Positions 8,692 to 20,692 are shown, counted from the stretch's first letter. The stretch: DNA of 64,000 bases from Ichthyobacteriaceae bacterium (GCA_016744755.1 JADGDT010000002.1:12302-76301); one strand, 5' to 3'. A program made the numbers and translations. Notes: generated by a model from the letters alone, not told the origin.

Positions 8692-8807
8692 GGTGTAATA
8701 ACTTAAATATATTTTTACCAAAAAAAATGAGTTTTCATCTTGATTATATACAATCAAGTCATTACATATGATAAAGAAAGTACTATATTAAGAAAAACTA
8801 ATTACTA

Positions 8808-11800
8808 TTATTCTTTTGACTTATTCGATTTTATGCTTTCAATAAACCTTCCCTTATCTTGTTTTTTTATTTGTCCAATATCATGCTTTATTTCGGACAT
8901 AAGCGTTAAATAAAATTTATCTAGTGAAGGATCATTATTACGTAAATGATAGTAGGACATTATTTTAAGATAACTCAAATCTTTGATATATCTTGATTTA
9001 GCTGTTTTTACAAAACTTTTTATTTTTTCAGGATATTCGCTACCTTTTATGTCTGAGTAAATAAATATGGTCATGAATTTTTCAAACTCTGAGATGTTAA
9101 CTGAATCAATATCTCTTTCCATTTTATCTAGAAGAATTGTTCTTATTTTTTTTGAACCTAACCAATTATACACTACAACCTGATGAATAAGTGGTAGAAT
9201 TTTTATGAATAATGGGAAATCAATATTCTTAGGAAAATGATCTGGCTCTTTTTTATAGTTTTGATAATATTTCAGTAAGGAGTCTCTATATAGCATTAAA
9301 AATGAAATAGAACTAGTAATAACATTACTATAGGAGCTGTTTTTTAATTCAAAACTATCAACATCTTCACTATTCTTAAGAACATTAGCGGAAAGTTTAA
9401 GAACTTTATCTATATGGCTCTGTGTTTTTAAATCTGAAATATCTTTATTTTGAATAGTCTGTTTAACTTGAGTATTTGTTAATGCTTCATCATAAATATC
9501 ATTTTCTTGTTCTGAGGTTAGTTTTGTTGAAGCTCTTTTTACATCAATATTAAACGAAATAGTATCTTTATTATTCTTAGATTCAAGAACAGTATCAATT
9601 TTACTCCAATTATTAATGATATCAGAATTAAACCTTTCAAATGCAATGTTTAATTTTTTTTGAGTAAATTTTAAAATATCTGCATCATCACCTTTTAACC
9701 CAGTATAATAGTTTATTTCTTCTAGATAGTTTAAGTAATTATCATCTTTAAAAACATTTGATTTAAAATCTTTATCGTAATCAAAAAGTAAAGCCAAAAA
9801 GAAATGGAAATAGAAGGCTGATTTAAATTTGATAGTATTATCATCATGATGGAATAATATTCCTCTTTTGATAAAATCTTCTAAAATCATATGTGGTTTT
9901 CCTGTAAACCTCGTTTTCAGATATTGTGTCACATACTCTAATAATTTAGAATACTCAACAGAATAACTCATATCAGGATTTCCATTATCATGCATGAATT
10001 TGGAAATATATGAGAGGAGACGTTTTTTATTTTTGAAACCAAATGTTTCACTGTAGATATTTTCAATTTTAGTCTTTTCGAGTAAATTTTCAATAAATAA
10101 TTCTACAAGGATTGAGTTATTTATTGGTTTTTTTTCTTGTTTTTCAAAAATCCATAAAAATAGAGTTATTGATAGCGGAGTTTTAGGTAATCCAAAGTCT
10201 CCAAAGCTTTTAATCAACTTTTGCATATTATCTTGGAGGTCTACTTCACTGCCAACAAACCATTTTTTTATTAATTGTTTTATTTCATTTGAACCAAAAC
10301 TTTGAATAAAGGCCAATTTAAAATCGAAAATAGGATTATAATCTAAATGCTTAATAGGAATTACATCTTCTAGGGTTTGTGTTGAAGTTGTAATCAGTTG
10401 AATTGTTTGGTTTTGTTTTAAAAAATTATTTAATTTATTAATCTCGTTTGAAATTGTTCCATTGTAATAGAGATCATCAACCAATAATAGTAACTCATTT
10501 GAAGAAATAAAACTATCAATTTCACTACTTGGGATACCTAGGAATTCTTTAACTAACTTTTTAGGATCACTCTTTTTTAGTTCTCCAAATTTTATAAGGA
10601 TAGGTATTTTATTATATTTATTATAATTTTTTGTTAATTCAAGGAACATTTTATCAAGTAGAATTGTTTTGCCAGATTCTTTCATTCCATAAATGAGAAA
10701 ATTAGAATTGTCAATAATAATATCTGTAATAGAATATTTCACTGTACTTTCTTCTTTCAAAGAACCTTGCGGTGTATTCAATATTATTGGATGGACAAAC
10801 AGGTTTTCAATCGTACATTCAATTGATGTATTAGCATCAGACATCAAAATATGGTCATTTAGTCTATCACTGTATCTATTTCCTATATTTATAATTAGTT
10901 CTTGATTAAAATTGAACTTTGTTAAGGATTCATCCCTTGGAATTATAAATTTTCTAATACCATCTTCTGTCCCAACTTCTGTATTAGGAACAAACTTTTT
11001 GTGTTTATCTAGGTATTTTCTAGATACTACTTTGAAGTATTCTTTTGGCTCAAATTCAACTATCGAATAACCATTTTGATGCTTTATATCTGTAGGATTA
11101 TCTGCAATTGTTGATGTAGCAATAGATACAAATAGACTTCCAAATAAATCTTTAATATAATTTGCATCTAATTCATGAACGTGTCCATTTAGAAGTATAT
11201 CATAGTTTCTAGATAATAGAGGTTTTATTGCTTCTCTATCAAAATCTTGTAGAAATTCAATAGGATGATGCGATAATGCAATTTTTATATCACAGTTCTC
11301 AATACTACGTAAAGAATTATCTATCTGTCTTCTACCAATCAGTAATTTTCCTTTATCATTATCATCTTTAGATAACCAAGAACTATTTAAACACGTAACA
11401 CCTATATTATATGATTTTGTTTTAAGAGTGAAACTATTTTCAAAATTTGAAATTTCACCAGAGTAGTTTTCATTCTTATAAAAATCTTTTTGCCAATTTA
11501 GATAATTTTCAATACGACTTAGATGTAAGGATTTCTGGTGATTATTTTTTATAAACTCATCAAGAGAATTTTCATCTTTTAGGTTTGCATTTAGTCCAGC
11601 TTCTGTAACTGCATCAATTTCTTTCCTATTTATATCATGATTACCTGGTACAACAAATATTCTTCCTTTTAAAATTGGATTTAACTCAATTAACTTGTCA
11701 AAAAAAACTGTTTCAAGAATGATGTAAGCTTCCTCTTCATTTTTGAAGCTAGATGCTCCTTTATTTATTAAATCACCAGTAATACATACTACTGTATCAT

Positions 11801-11912
11801 CATTTACTTTTGATTGTAAATCCTTAGCTAGTGCTGAAATTAATTGTTCTTTGTTAAGTGAGATATCTTCATTTTCTAAATGGAAATCTGAGATGTGTAT
11901 TATTTTTAACAT
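8808..11912 (-). CDS. Calcineurin-like metallophosphoesterase fused to a NACHT/STAND NTPase (1034 aa); candidate defence protein
   Basis: The N-terminal MPE motifs occur in order: IHISDFH, ITGDLINKG, VPGNHD, ALSHHP, LNGHVHE. They are followed by Walker A 'LIYGMKESGKTILL', Walker B 'LLLLVDDLYY' and the NACHT-like segments 'FIQSFGSNEIKQLIKKWF' and 'TPLSITLFLWIF'. The C-terminus is helical and repeat-free. Confidence 0.75.
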   Translation of the reverse strand: MLKIIHISDFHLENEDISLNKEQLISALAKDLQSKVNDDTVVCITGDLINKGASSFKNEEEAYIILETVFFDKLIELNPILKGRIFVVPGNHDINRKEIDAVTEAGLNANLKDENSLDEFIKNNHQKSLHLSRIENYLNWQKDFYKNENYSGEISNFENSFTLKTKSYNIGVTCLNSSWLSKDDNDKGKLLIGRRQIDNSLRSIENCDIKIALSHHPIEFLQDFDREAIKPLLSRNYDILLNGHVHELDANYIKDLFGSLFVSIATSTIADNPTDIKHQNGYSIVEFEPKEYFKVVSRKYLDKHKKFVPNTEVGTEDGIRKFIIPRDESLTKFNFNQELIINIGNRYSDRLNDHILMSDANTSIECTIENLFVHPIILNTPQGSLKEESTVKYSITDIIIDNSNFLIYGMKESGKTILLDKMFLELTKNYNKYNKIPILIKFGELKKSDPKKLVKEFLGIPSSEIDSFISSNELLLLVDDLYYNGTISNEINKLNNFLKQNQTIQLITTSTQTLEDVIPIKHLDYNPIFDFKLAFIQSFGSNEIKQLIKKWFVGSEVDLQDNMQKLIKSFGDFGLPKTPLSITLFLWIFEKQEKKPINNSILVELFIENLLEKTKIENIYSETFGFKNKKRLLSYISKFMHDNGNPDMSYSVEYSKLLEYVTQYLKTRFTGKPHMILEDFIKRGILFHHDDNTIKFKSAFYFHFFLALLFDYDKDFKSNVFKDDNYLNYLEEINYYTGLKGDDADILKFTQKKLNIAFERFNSDIINNWSKIDTVLESKNNKDTISFNIDVKRASTKLTSEQENDIYDEALTNTQVKQTIQNKDISDLKTQSHIDKVLKLSANVLKNSEDVDSFELKNSSYSNVITSSISFLMLYRDSLLKYYQNYKKEPDHFPKNIDFPLFIKILPLIHQVVVYNWLGSKKIRTILLDKMERDIDSVNISEFEKFMTIFIYSDIKGSEYPEKIKSFVKTAKSRYIKDLSYLKIMSYYHLRNNDPSLDKFYLTLMSEIKHDIGQIKKQDKGRFIESIKSNKSKE

Positions 11913-12183
11913 GTCATTTTTTTGGGTTTATTATTTTTTAGTTATTGTTAGCTATATTACAGTTAATATGTTATAATTTTTAATAAAGCTCTATACAGTT
12001 ATCAACAAAAAGCAGTTAAACTTTAGAGTTATTATAATTTGGGGGTATCGTTAAATACTCAATAGGGGCAATTCCCCAAAAAAAATGTATTATGAAAGAG
12101 TAATTTAGATAAAAAAAACTTAAATATTATTAACAATTGTTTTTCTATTTATTACGTTATATTGACATAAAAAGTATGGAAAC

Positions 12184-12215
12184 ATGTATGTATGTATGTA
12201 TGTATGTATGTATGC
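12184..12215. repeat. Tetranucleotide microsatellite (ATGT)7 + ATGC
   Basis: Counted by hand: seven perfect ATGT units at 12184-12211, then ATGC. Confidence 0.95.
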
Positions 12216-12332
12216 ACTCTAGTTTGAAAAAAGGAATTGAAAAAGCACTTGTATATACTGTGTTGTAGGCCTATAGGTATTTGTCAAAAATCACTAACAC
12301 AGACTTTATAATAATAGTTGTAAAGACCAAGT

Positions 12333-12622
12333 CAAGTTTAGAAAAGATATAATACCATTGACTGAGAAGTATAGAAAAAACATTCTTGGTTTACTTGGAA
12401 CTGACTGATGTACCTTATTTCTCCTATGTGTATATTCATATTGGTAATTTTGAGAGTAGCACAGATGCTTGTCAGCTTGTTGGTAATAAGGCAGGATTTG
12501 ATGGTAATAACCACTTTAGGAACTTTGAGAGTGTGGATAATTTTAGGCGTTTGTATTTGGTGGTTTGTGAAGCCATTGAGAATGGAGAGAGTGTTTGGTA
12601 TGAGGTTGTGGATGCAGATTGA
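12333..12622 (+). pseudogene. 5'-truncated, frameshifted second copy of the DUF5675-like gene (direct repeat copy B)
   Basis: It encodes ...LELTDVPYFSYVYIHIGNFESSTDACQLVGNKAGFDGNNHFRNFESVDNFRRLYLVVCEAIENGESVWYEVVDAD, homologous to residues ~50-150 of the 8177-8629 product. The first ~50 codons are missing, and a 7-nt deletion (atcactt) relative to copy A breaks the frame near 12385. Confidence 0.8.
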
Positions 12623-12642
12623 TAAATAGTATCTAAAATTGA

Positions 12643-12686
12643 AAATCCCATTATCAAGTATCAACTTGATAATGGGATTATTTTTG
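12643..12686 (+). terminator. Terminator hairpin, second copy
   Basis: aatcccattatcaagt / acttgataatgggatt followed by atttttg. Homologous to the hairpin at 8653-8691. Confidence 0.65.
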
Positions 12687-12731
12687 CCATATAAATAGGA
12701 GTTATATTATACTTGTCTTATTTTATCAATG

Positions 12732-13964
12732 TTAAAAAACAGGGTTGACATCTGATTCTCTTAATTTTTGAGAAAGCATGAGCATATCAGAGCTGATTTT
12801 TTCATTTGTAATACGTGCATAAATTTGAGTGGTTTTTATATTGGTATGACCAAGCATCTTACTAACTGTTTCAATCGGTACACCTTTGGATAAGGTAATG
12901 GTAGTAGCAAACGTATGCCGAGCTAAATGAAAAGTGATATTTTTATCAATGCCGCATACATCTGCAATTTCTTTCAAATAAGCATTTGTCTTCTGGTTGG
13001 TAGGTATTGGTAATAATACTCCATTAGGTAAACCTTTATATTTTTCAAGAATCATCAGTGGAATGTCTAATAAGGGTATAACTGCTTTTACATTTGTTTT
13101 TTGACGTTTGGTAGTTATCCAAGAGTTATTATCGAAGCCTTTACTAATATTTGTTTTCTTGAGTTTTTTAATGTCGATATATGCTAATCCAGTATAACAG
13201 GAAAAAATAAATATATCACGTATTCTTTCTAACCGTTCAGTGTTAAATTCTTTCTCCATTATACGTTGCAGCTCATCATCTGTCAAGTATCCACGATCAA
13301 CTTTTTCCAAAGTAATTTTGTAATTCGCAAATGGGTCAGATATTAGTTTACCATCTTTTTGAGCTGATATAACAACACTTTTAAATTTTTGAATGAATTT
13401 AGCAGATGTATTATAATTGCATCGGCATTGAATACTAAGGTGATTTTCAAACCCAACAATAAAAGAGTGATTAATTTCCCTTAAATCAATATCTGATAAA
13501 TTATGTTCTTCTTTAATATATGAAGCTAAGTGTTTTCTACATACTTCAGCTTTCTGATAAGTAGCTTTTGATTTAGTTATACCTACCAGTTTTTTTAGAT
13601 TGTTATTACTTTCTTCAAAAAGCTCCAATAATAAAAATTGTTCTTGCCCAATTCCTAAGAACGTATTTTTTACTTTTTCTGCAGTAACAACTGTTTCTCT
13701 AACAATAAGGTTGTTGTATGTTTTATGGATAGAGGTCTTTATTTCTTCTAAAAGCGAATTTATTGATTTCGCTTGGGTGCTTCTTCCTTTTGCTTTCCCT
13801 AAATCAACACTCCAATCAGCAGATTTGATAAATTGCTTTGTACTGAACTGAGATAATTTTCCATTAACAGTGATTCTTGCAATAATAGGTGTAGTTCCAT
13901 CTTTTTTGGTGGCGCTCTTTTTAATGTAAAAAAGAACTTTAAATGTACTTCTCATAAACTTCAT
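12732..13964 (-). CDS. int: Tyrosine-type site-specific integrase (Bacteroidota phage/CTn integrase type)
   Basis: The N-terminus 'MRSTFKVLFYIKKSATKKDGTTPIIARITVNG' is typical of Bacteroidota integrases. The catalytic region reads 'HLARHTFAT...LGHTNIKTTQIYAR'. The true start may be the ATG at 13955. Confidence 0.9.
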   Translation of the reverse strand: MKFMRSTFKVLFYIKKSATKKDGTTPIIARITVNGKLSQFSTKQFIKSADWSVDLGKAKGRSTQAKSINSLLEEIKTSIHKTYNNLIVRETVVTAEKVKNTFLGIGQEQFLLLELFEESNNNLKKLVGITKSKATYQKAEVCRKHLASYIKEEHNLSDIDLREINHSFIVGFENHLSIQCRCNYNTSAKFIQKFKSVVISAQKDGKLISDPFANYKITLEKVDRGYLTDDELQRIMEKEFNTERLERIRDIFIFSCYTGLAYIDIKKLKKTNISKGFDNNSWITTKRQKTNVKAVIPLLDIPLMILEKYKGLPNGVLLPIPTNQKTNAYLKEIADVCGIDKNITFHLARHTFATTITLSKGVPIETVSKMLGHTNIKTTQIYARITNEKISSDMLMLSQKLRESDVNPVF

Positions 13965-14156
13965 TTTTTGAATTGTAAAACTATTTTATTATTCTGAAAA
14001 TGAAATATTTAAGGGGCAGACAAATGAAGCCAAGACTAAGCCATTTGAAGACAATTTGTGACCTATTTTACGATATTAATAATAGGGTACGATTTAGCCA
14101 CAAAACTCTGTCTTTTTTTGGCGTTTTAAGAATACACATCAATACAATAAAGACGT

Positions 14157-14192
14157 AAAAAAGCCCCACAATACTAAGTATCGTAGGGCTTT
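14157..14192 (-). terminator. Rho-independent terminator downstream of tRNA-Ser
   Basis: On the minus strand: AAGCCCUACGAUAC-UUAG-GUAUUGUGGGGCUU (14-bp stem with two G-U pairs) followed by UUUUUU. Confidence 0.8.
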
Positions 14193-14227
14193 GTCTTATT
14201 CCTGTCTTTTATTGACATTTTGTTGAG

Positions 14228-14312
14228 CGGAGAAAGAGGGATTCGAACCCCCGGAGGTGTGACCCTCGCTAGTTTTCAAGACTAGTGCATTCGACCACTC
14301 TGCCATTTCTCC
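14228..14312 (-). tRNA. tRNA-Ser (anticodon UGA)
   Basis: The reverse complement reads GGAGAAATGGCAGAGTGGTCGAATGCACTAGTCTTGAAAACTAGCGAGGGTCACACCTCCGGGGGTTCGAATCCCTCTTTCTCCG. It has a 7-bp acceptor stem, anticodon loop CTTGAAA, a long variable arm and T-loop GGTTCGAATCC. Confidence 0.9.
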
Positions 14313-14556
14313 AGTGTTTAGTCTATCAGTTGTTATATTTCCTGATTGCGAGTGCAAATATAATAGCTTTTATTTAATACAAAAGCTTTTTATCAATAAA
14401 AATACATGATACTTTGTAACCTATTTTATTTGAACATTTTACAATAAATATTTTATTCAAACTCATTATTTTGATGCCACAGTGCTTTGTTGATATTCTA
14501 AAAACAAAAATTAATCTACACTACTATATATAAATCCTAATACTTATTTTCGTGAA

Positions 14557-17489
<2,933 letters not shown>

Positions 17490-17669
17490 AATAATATTGG
17501 CGTGTCCCTGCGGGTCAGGTTTTCGGCTATATCTTTTTTTGAATTAAAAAAAGGATGTCGCCTCTACCCTTCACGCTATTGGATAGTTACAAATTAAACT
17601 TTCAAGAGAAAAACAAAGGGATGTAAATAACCTCATCCTAAAAAAACAACTTTACGAATACTCAAAATA

Positions 17670-18902
17670 ATGAAACTAAAACATTTGCTCTTAGCAGTAA
17701 CACTCAACCTGCTTTCAATAACAGGTTTTGCACAAGTTAAAACCGGACTTGAAGTTTTAAAACAACAAAACTTCGAATTACTAAAAGGGAAACGTGTTGG
17801 TTTAATTACCAATCCAACTGGTGTTGATGCCAATTTAAAATCTACTATCGACATTATGTACGAATCGCCTAACGTAAACTTAGTAGGTCTATTTGGACCA
17901 GAGCACGGTGTACGTGGAAACTTTTCGGCAGGCGATCACATAACAGATCAAAAAGATCCTAAAACAGGAATTCAGGTTTTTTCACTGTATGGTAGCAATA
18001 GGAAGCCATCAAAAGAAATGTTAAAAGGGATTGATGTAATGGTTTATGATATTCAGGATGTTGGAGTTAGATCTTACACTTACATAAGCACACTGGGAAT
18101 GGTAATGGAAGCTTGTGCCGAAAACAACGTAGAAGTAATAGTTTTAGACAGACCAAACCCTATTGGCGGTAACAAGGTTGAAGGTGGTTTGGTTGGAGAT
18201 AAATACATTTCTTTTGTTAGCCAATATCCTATCCCTTACGTTTATGGACTTACACCTGGAGAGTTTGCAGTCTACATCAACGAAACTGGATTATTGAAAA
18301 ACAAAGTAAAATGCAATCTTAAAGTTGTAGAAATGAAAGGTTGGAAACGAAATATGCTTTTTAAAGATACAGGTCTTTATTGGGTTCCAACATCACCACA
18401 CATCCCTCGATGGAATTCATCGTTATACTATGCCATGACAGGTATTTTTGGAGAGATAAATCCTAGTATGGTTGGTATAGGATACACTTTACCTTTCGAA
18501 GTTTACATGACTACTTTTACCGATGCCGATAAACTTACCGATGCAATGAATACTGAAAACCTCAAAGGTGTAATTTTTCGTCCGCTTCACTACAAGCCAT
18601 ACTACTCAAACAACAAAGGGAACGAACTTTCTGGGATGCAAATTTACATTACCGATTACGAGAAAGTTAATCTTACAAAAATTCAGTTTAAGTTAATTGA
18701 GATTGCTCATAAACTCTACCCTGATCACGAAATATTCAAATTCAACTCCAAGCGACACAACATGTTCGACAAGGTTATAGGAAGTAATAAAATCCGAATA
18801 GAATTTAGCAAAAACTATCTTTACTCCGACATTAAAAAGTTGTGGGAAGAACCAGCTGAGGAGTTTAAAGAGGAATCTAAAAAATATTATTTGTACAAGT
18901 AG
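17670..18902 (+). CDS. DUF1343 family protein (NamZ-like exo-beta-N-acetylmuramidase)
   Basis: Signal peptide, then 'GKRVGLITNPTGVD...LFGPEHG', typical of DUF1343. Confidence 0.7.
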   Translation: MKLKHLLLAVTLNLLSITGFAQVKTGLEVLKQQNFELLKGKRVGLITNPTGVDANLKSTIDIMYESPNVNLVGLFGPEHGVRGNFSAGDHITDQKDPKTGIQVFSLYGSNRKPSKEMLKGIDVMVYDIQDVGVRSYTYISTLGMVMEACAENNVEVIVLDRPNPIGGNKVEGGLVGDKYISFVSQYPIPYVYGLTPGEFAVYINETGLLKNKVKCNLKVVEMKGWKRNMLFKDTGLYWVPTSPHIPRWNSSLYYAMTGIFGEINPSMVGIGYTLPFEVYMTTFTDADKLTDAMNTENLKGVIFRPLHYKPYYSNNKGNELSGMQIYITDYEKVNLTKIQFKLIEIAHKLYPDHEIFKFNSKRHNMFDKVIGSNKIRIEFSKNYLYSDIKKLWEEPAEEFKEESKKYYLYK

Positions 18903-18916
18903 ATTTCAAAAAAAAC

Positions 18917-18974
18917 AACCATTAAGAAATTATCGTACATTAAGTAAACTTAACAACTCTATTTCTTAATGGTT
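18917..18974. terminator. Perfect 14-bp inverted repeat between convergent genes (possible bidirectional terminator)
   Basis: aaccattaagaaat (18917-18930) and atttcttaatggtt (18961-18974), flanked by A-runs. The loop is long (30 nt), so the call is tentative. Confidence 0.4.
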
Positions 18975-18986
18975 AAAACAAAACTA

Positions 18987-20444
18987 CTACTTATCCTCTT
19001 CTGGCTTATCAACATTCTGGTAAGCACCCAAGTCGGGCGAAGTGGTTCTGCTAACTCCTAATACGTCGTTTGGTACATCATTAGCAATATCAATAGCCCC
19101 TTTACCTACAACTGGCGATTCGGAAGTTATCCTAAGATCGTTGTTGTATTCATCCCAAAACAATGGTTCTTCGTTAATTATCGTATTTTCGAATAAAGGA
19201 TTATCCTCAATATCATATTCTAATTCTCCTTTTCTGTTGGTATATTTTATCAGATTATTCTCGAATTTATAATTGAAATCAGCACCACTGTTACTAGAAA
19301 GAACAAGCTCGTCTTCGTTATTTCCATAAATAATACAGTTGCCAAAAAATGCTTCTTCTAAATCTCTTGCAATAATTTGTCCACTTTCAGCTTCATACCA
19401 ATTATTTACCAAAACAGAAGGCGTTTGTCGTGGTTCATTGTTCCAATAATTTACAAAAGTAGAATGCTTAAAATTGTACTTCCCTCCTATCTGTAATGCC
19501 AAAGAGACCTCTCCACAATTATTTATTACTAAATTTTCTCCTTCCACATAACTACCTCTAGCCATTAATCCTACAGAACTGTGATTTAAAATTTGAGTGT
19601 TTCTAATGGTTAACGTCGGGTTTGTTGAATTACCAATTGTGTCAACTACAATACCTACCGTACCATTTTTAATAATTGCATAATCAATAATATTATCTTT
19701 TGATGTAGGATAAAACCAAATTGAACTCCACTGACCTGGAATATCGGCATAATCGGGTTCTAATCTATCTCCCTCAAAAATTACTTCGTTTTCGAACTCA
19801 CCATGAACACGCAAACTAGCATCTTTGTAAACTATAAGACTGGAGTTGTTATGAAAATGAATTCTTGCACCTGCCTGAATATCCAATGTCTTTGCCGAAT
19901 CTATTACAGCTACCCCATAAATTACGTAAGGCTTATCATTAGTCCATAAATCATCACCAATTAAAAACACATTTTCTCCTTTTGGAGGATATAAAAAATG
20001 GGCATCTTCTACAAGTGTCACAAGTTTTACATCTTGCTTAAAAGTGCTAGTTTCGAAAATAATAGAGTCTACATACAAAGGATTTCCAGATACATTGTTG
20101 AAATCAATAGTAGTTTCAATAAAAATAAAAATACTATCCTTAGGGGCTATCTCAATATCTTTCTGAGTATTTCCAGTATTGCCATCAACATTAATTCTGT
20201 AATAAGAATTATCTCCATTCCCCAATTTAATTTCAGGTATCTTAACCCACTCATCTTCTTGATTGTACACTTTAAGCATACGTGTAGACGATCCTATGTT
20301 TGTAAAAATAGTATCCAAAAAAATAGTATCTGCCGAAAATTTTAGATTTGTTGTTGCCACAGATGCACTAAAATCCTTTCTACAGGAAGAAAATACAACA
20401 ACGGTTAGCAACAATAATATGTAGTGATATTTATTAGAATTCAT
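18987..20444 (-). CDS. Lipoprotein, probable right-handed beta-helix repeat protein
   Basis: Lipobox 'VVFSSC'. The repetitive N/G/I-rich segments are consistent with parallel beta-helix repeats. No family was recognised with certainty. Confidence 0.4.
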   Translation of the reverse strand: MNSNKYHYILLLLTVVVFSSCRKDFSASVATTNLKFSADTIFLDTIFTNIGSSTRMLKVYNQEDEWVKIPEIKLGNGDNSYYRINVDGNTGNTQKDIEIAPKDSIFIFIETTIDFNNVSGNPLYVDSIIFETSTFKQDVKLVTLVEDAHFLYPPKGENVFLIGDDLWTNDKPYVIYGVAVIDSAKTLDIQAGARIHFHNNSSLIVYKDASLRVHGEFENEVIFEGDRLEPDYADIPGQWSSIWFYPTSKDNIIDYAIIKNGTVGIVVDTIGNSTNPTLTIRNTQILNHSSVGLMARGSYVEGENLVINNCGEVSLALQIGGKYNFKHSTFVNYWNNEPRQTPSVLVNNWYEAESGQIIARDLEEAFFGNCIIYGNNEDELVLSSNSGADFNYKFENNLIKYTNRKGELEYDIEDNPLFENTIINEEPLFWDEYNNDLRITSESPVVGKGAIDIANDVPNDVLGVSRTTSPDLGAYQNVDKPEEDK

Positions 20445-20692
20445 ATTTATAATAACGTAAACTTTTGAGGCGAAGATATACTTTTTAGAATAAAAAAAAT
20501 TAAATTGCTAAATAATTGAGAAGGCAAAAGAATTTAAAATAAATAATTGCAAATTTGTTTATATTCGATGAATTTTTCCCAGCACTAGAGGTATATTCAT
20601 TGAGAAAACACCTTTTAATCCCTTCAGAATTTTTGGAGAAAATAAAAAGTTAAATGATTTTGTCATACTATAATTGATTACCTAAATAAAAC

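Larger units (their letters stand above)
1..14227. mobile_element. Right-hand part of an integrated prophage-like element / genomic island ending at tRNA-Ser (left end outside window)
   Basis: Tyrosine integrase 12732-13964 lies next to the 3' end of tRNA-Ser (14228-14312). Genes to the left are mobile-element types (DNA methylase, Sbno helicase, RecA-like ATPase, holin-like, DUF5675-like, STAND NTPase), and housekeeping genes begin right after the tRNA. No second att copy was recognised in the window. Confidence 0.65.

Noticed and set aside
8479-8757. Minus-strand ORFs opposite the DUF5675 gene copies (8479-8757 and 12472-12657), open in both copies.
   Set aside because: This G/T-rich segment is poor in stop codons in several frames. 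Their persistence in both copies is explained by the duplication itself. No start context or motif supports them.
10693-11976. Plus-strand ORFs 10693-10905 and 11743-11976 overlapping the STAND gene.
   Set aside because: They are antisense to a 1034-aa gene with ordered catalytic motifs. No independent support exists for them.
12040-12085. The tttggggg...ggggcaattccccaaaaaaaa structure considered as a terminator for the STAND cassette.
   Set aside because: The hairpin is followed by an A-run on the plus strand and preceded by the T-run on the minus strand. Neither orientation gives a canonical intrinsic terminator.
1-14227. Searched by eye for a second copy of the tRNA-Ser 3' end (att repeat) inside the element.
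   Set aside because: None was recognised. The element continues past base 1, so the other att site is expected outside the window. I cannot exclude a short core repeat without a computed alignment.
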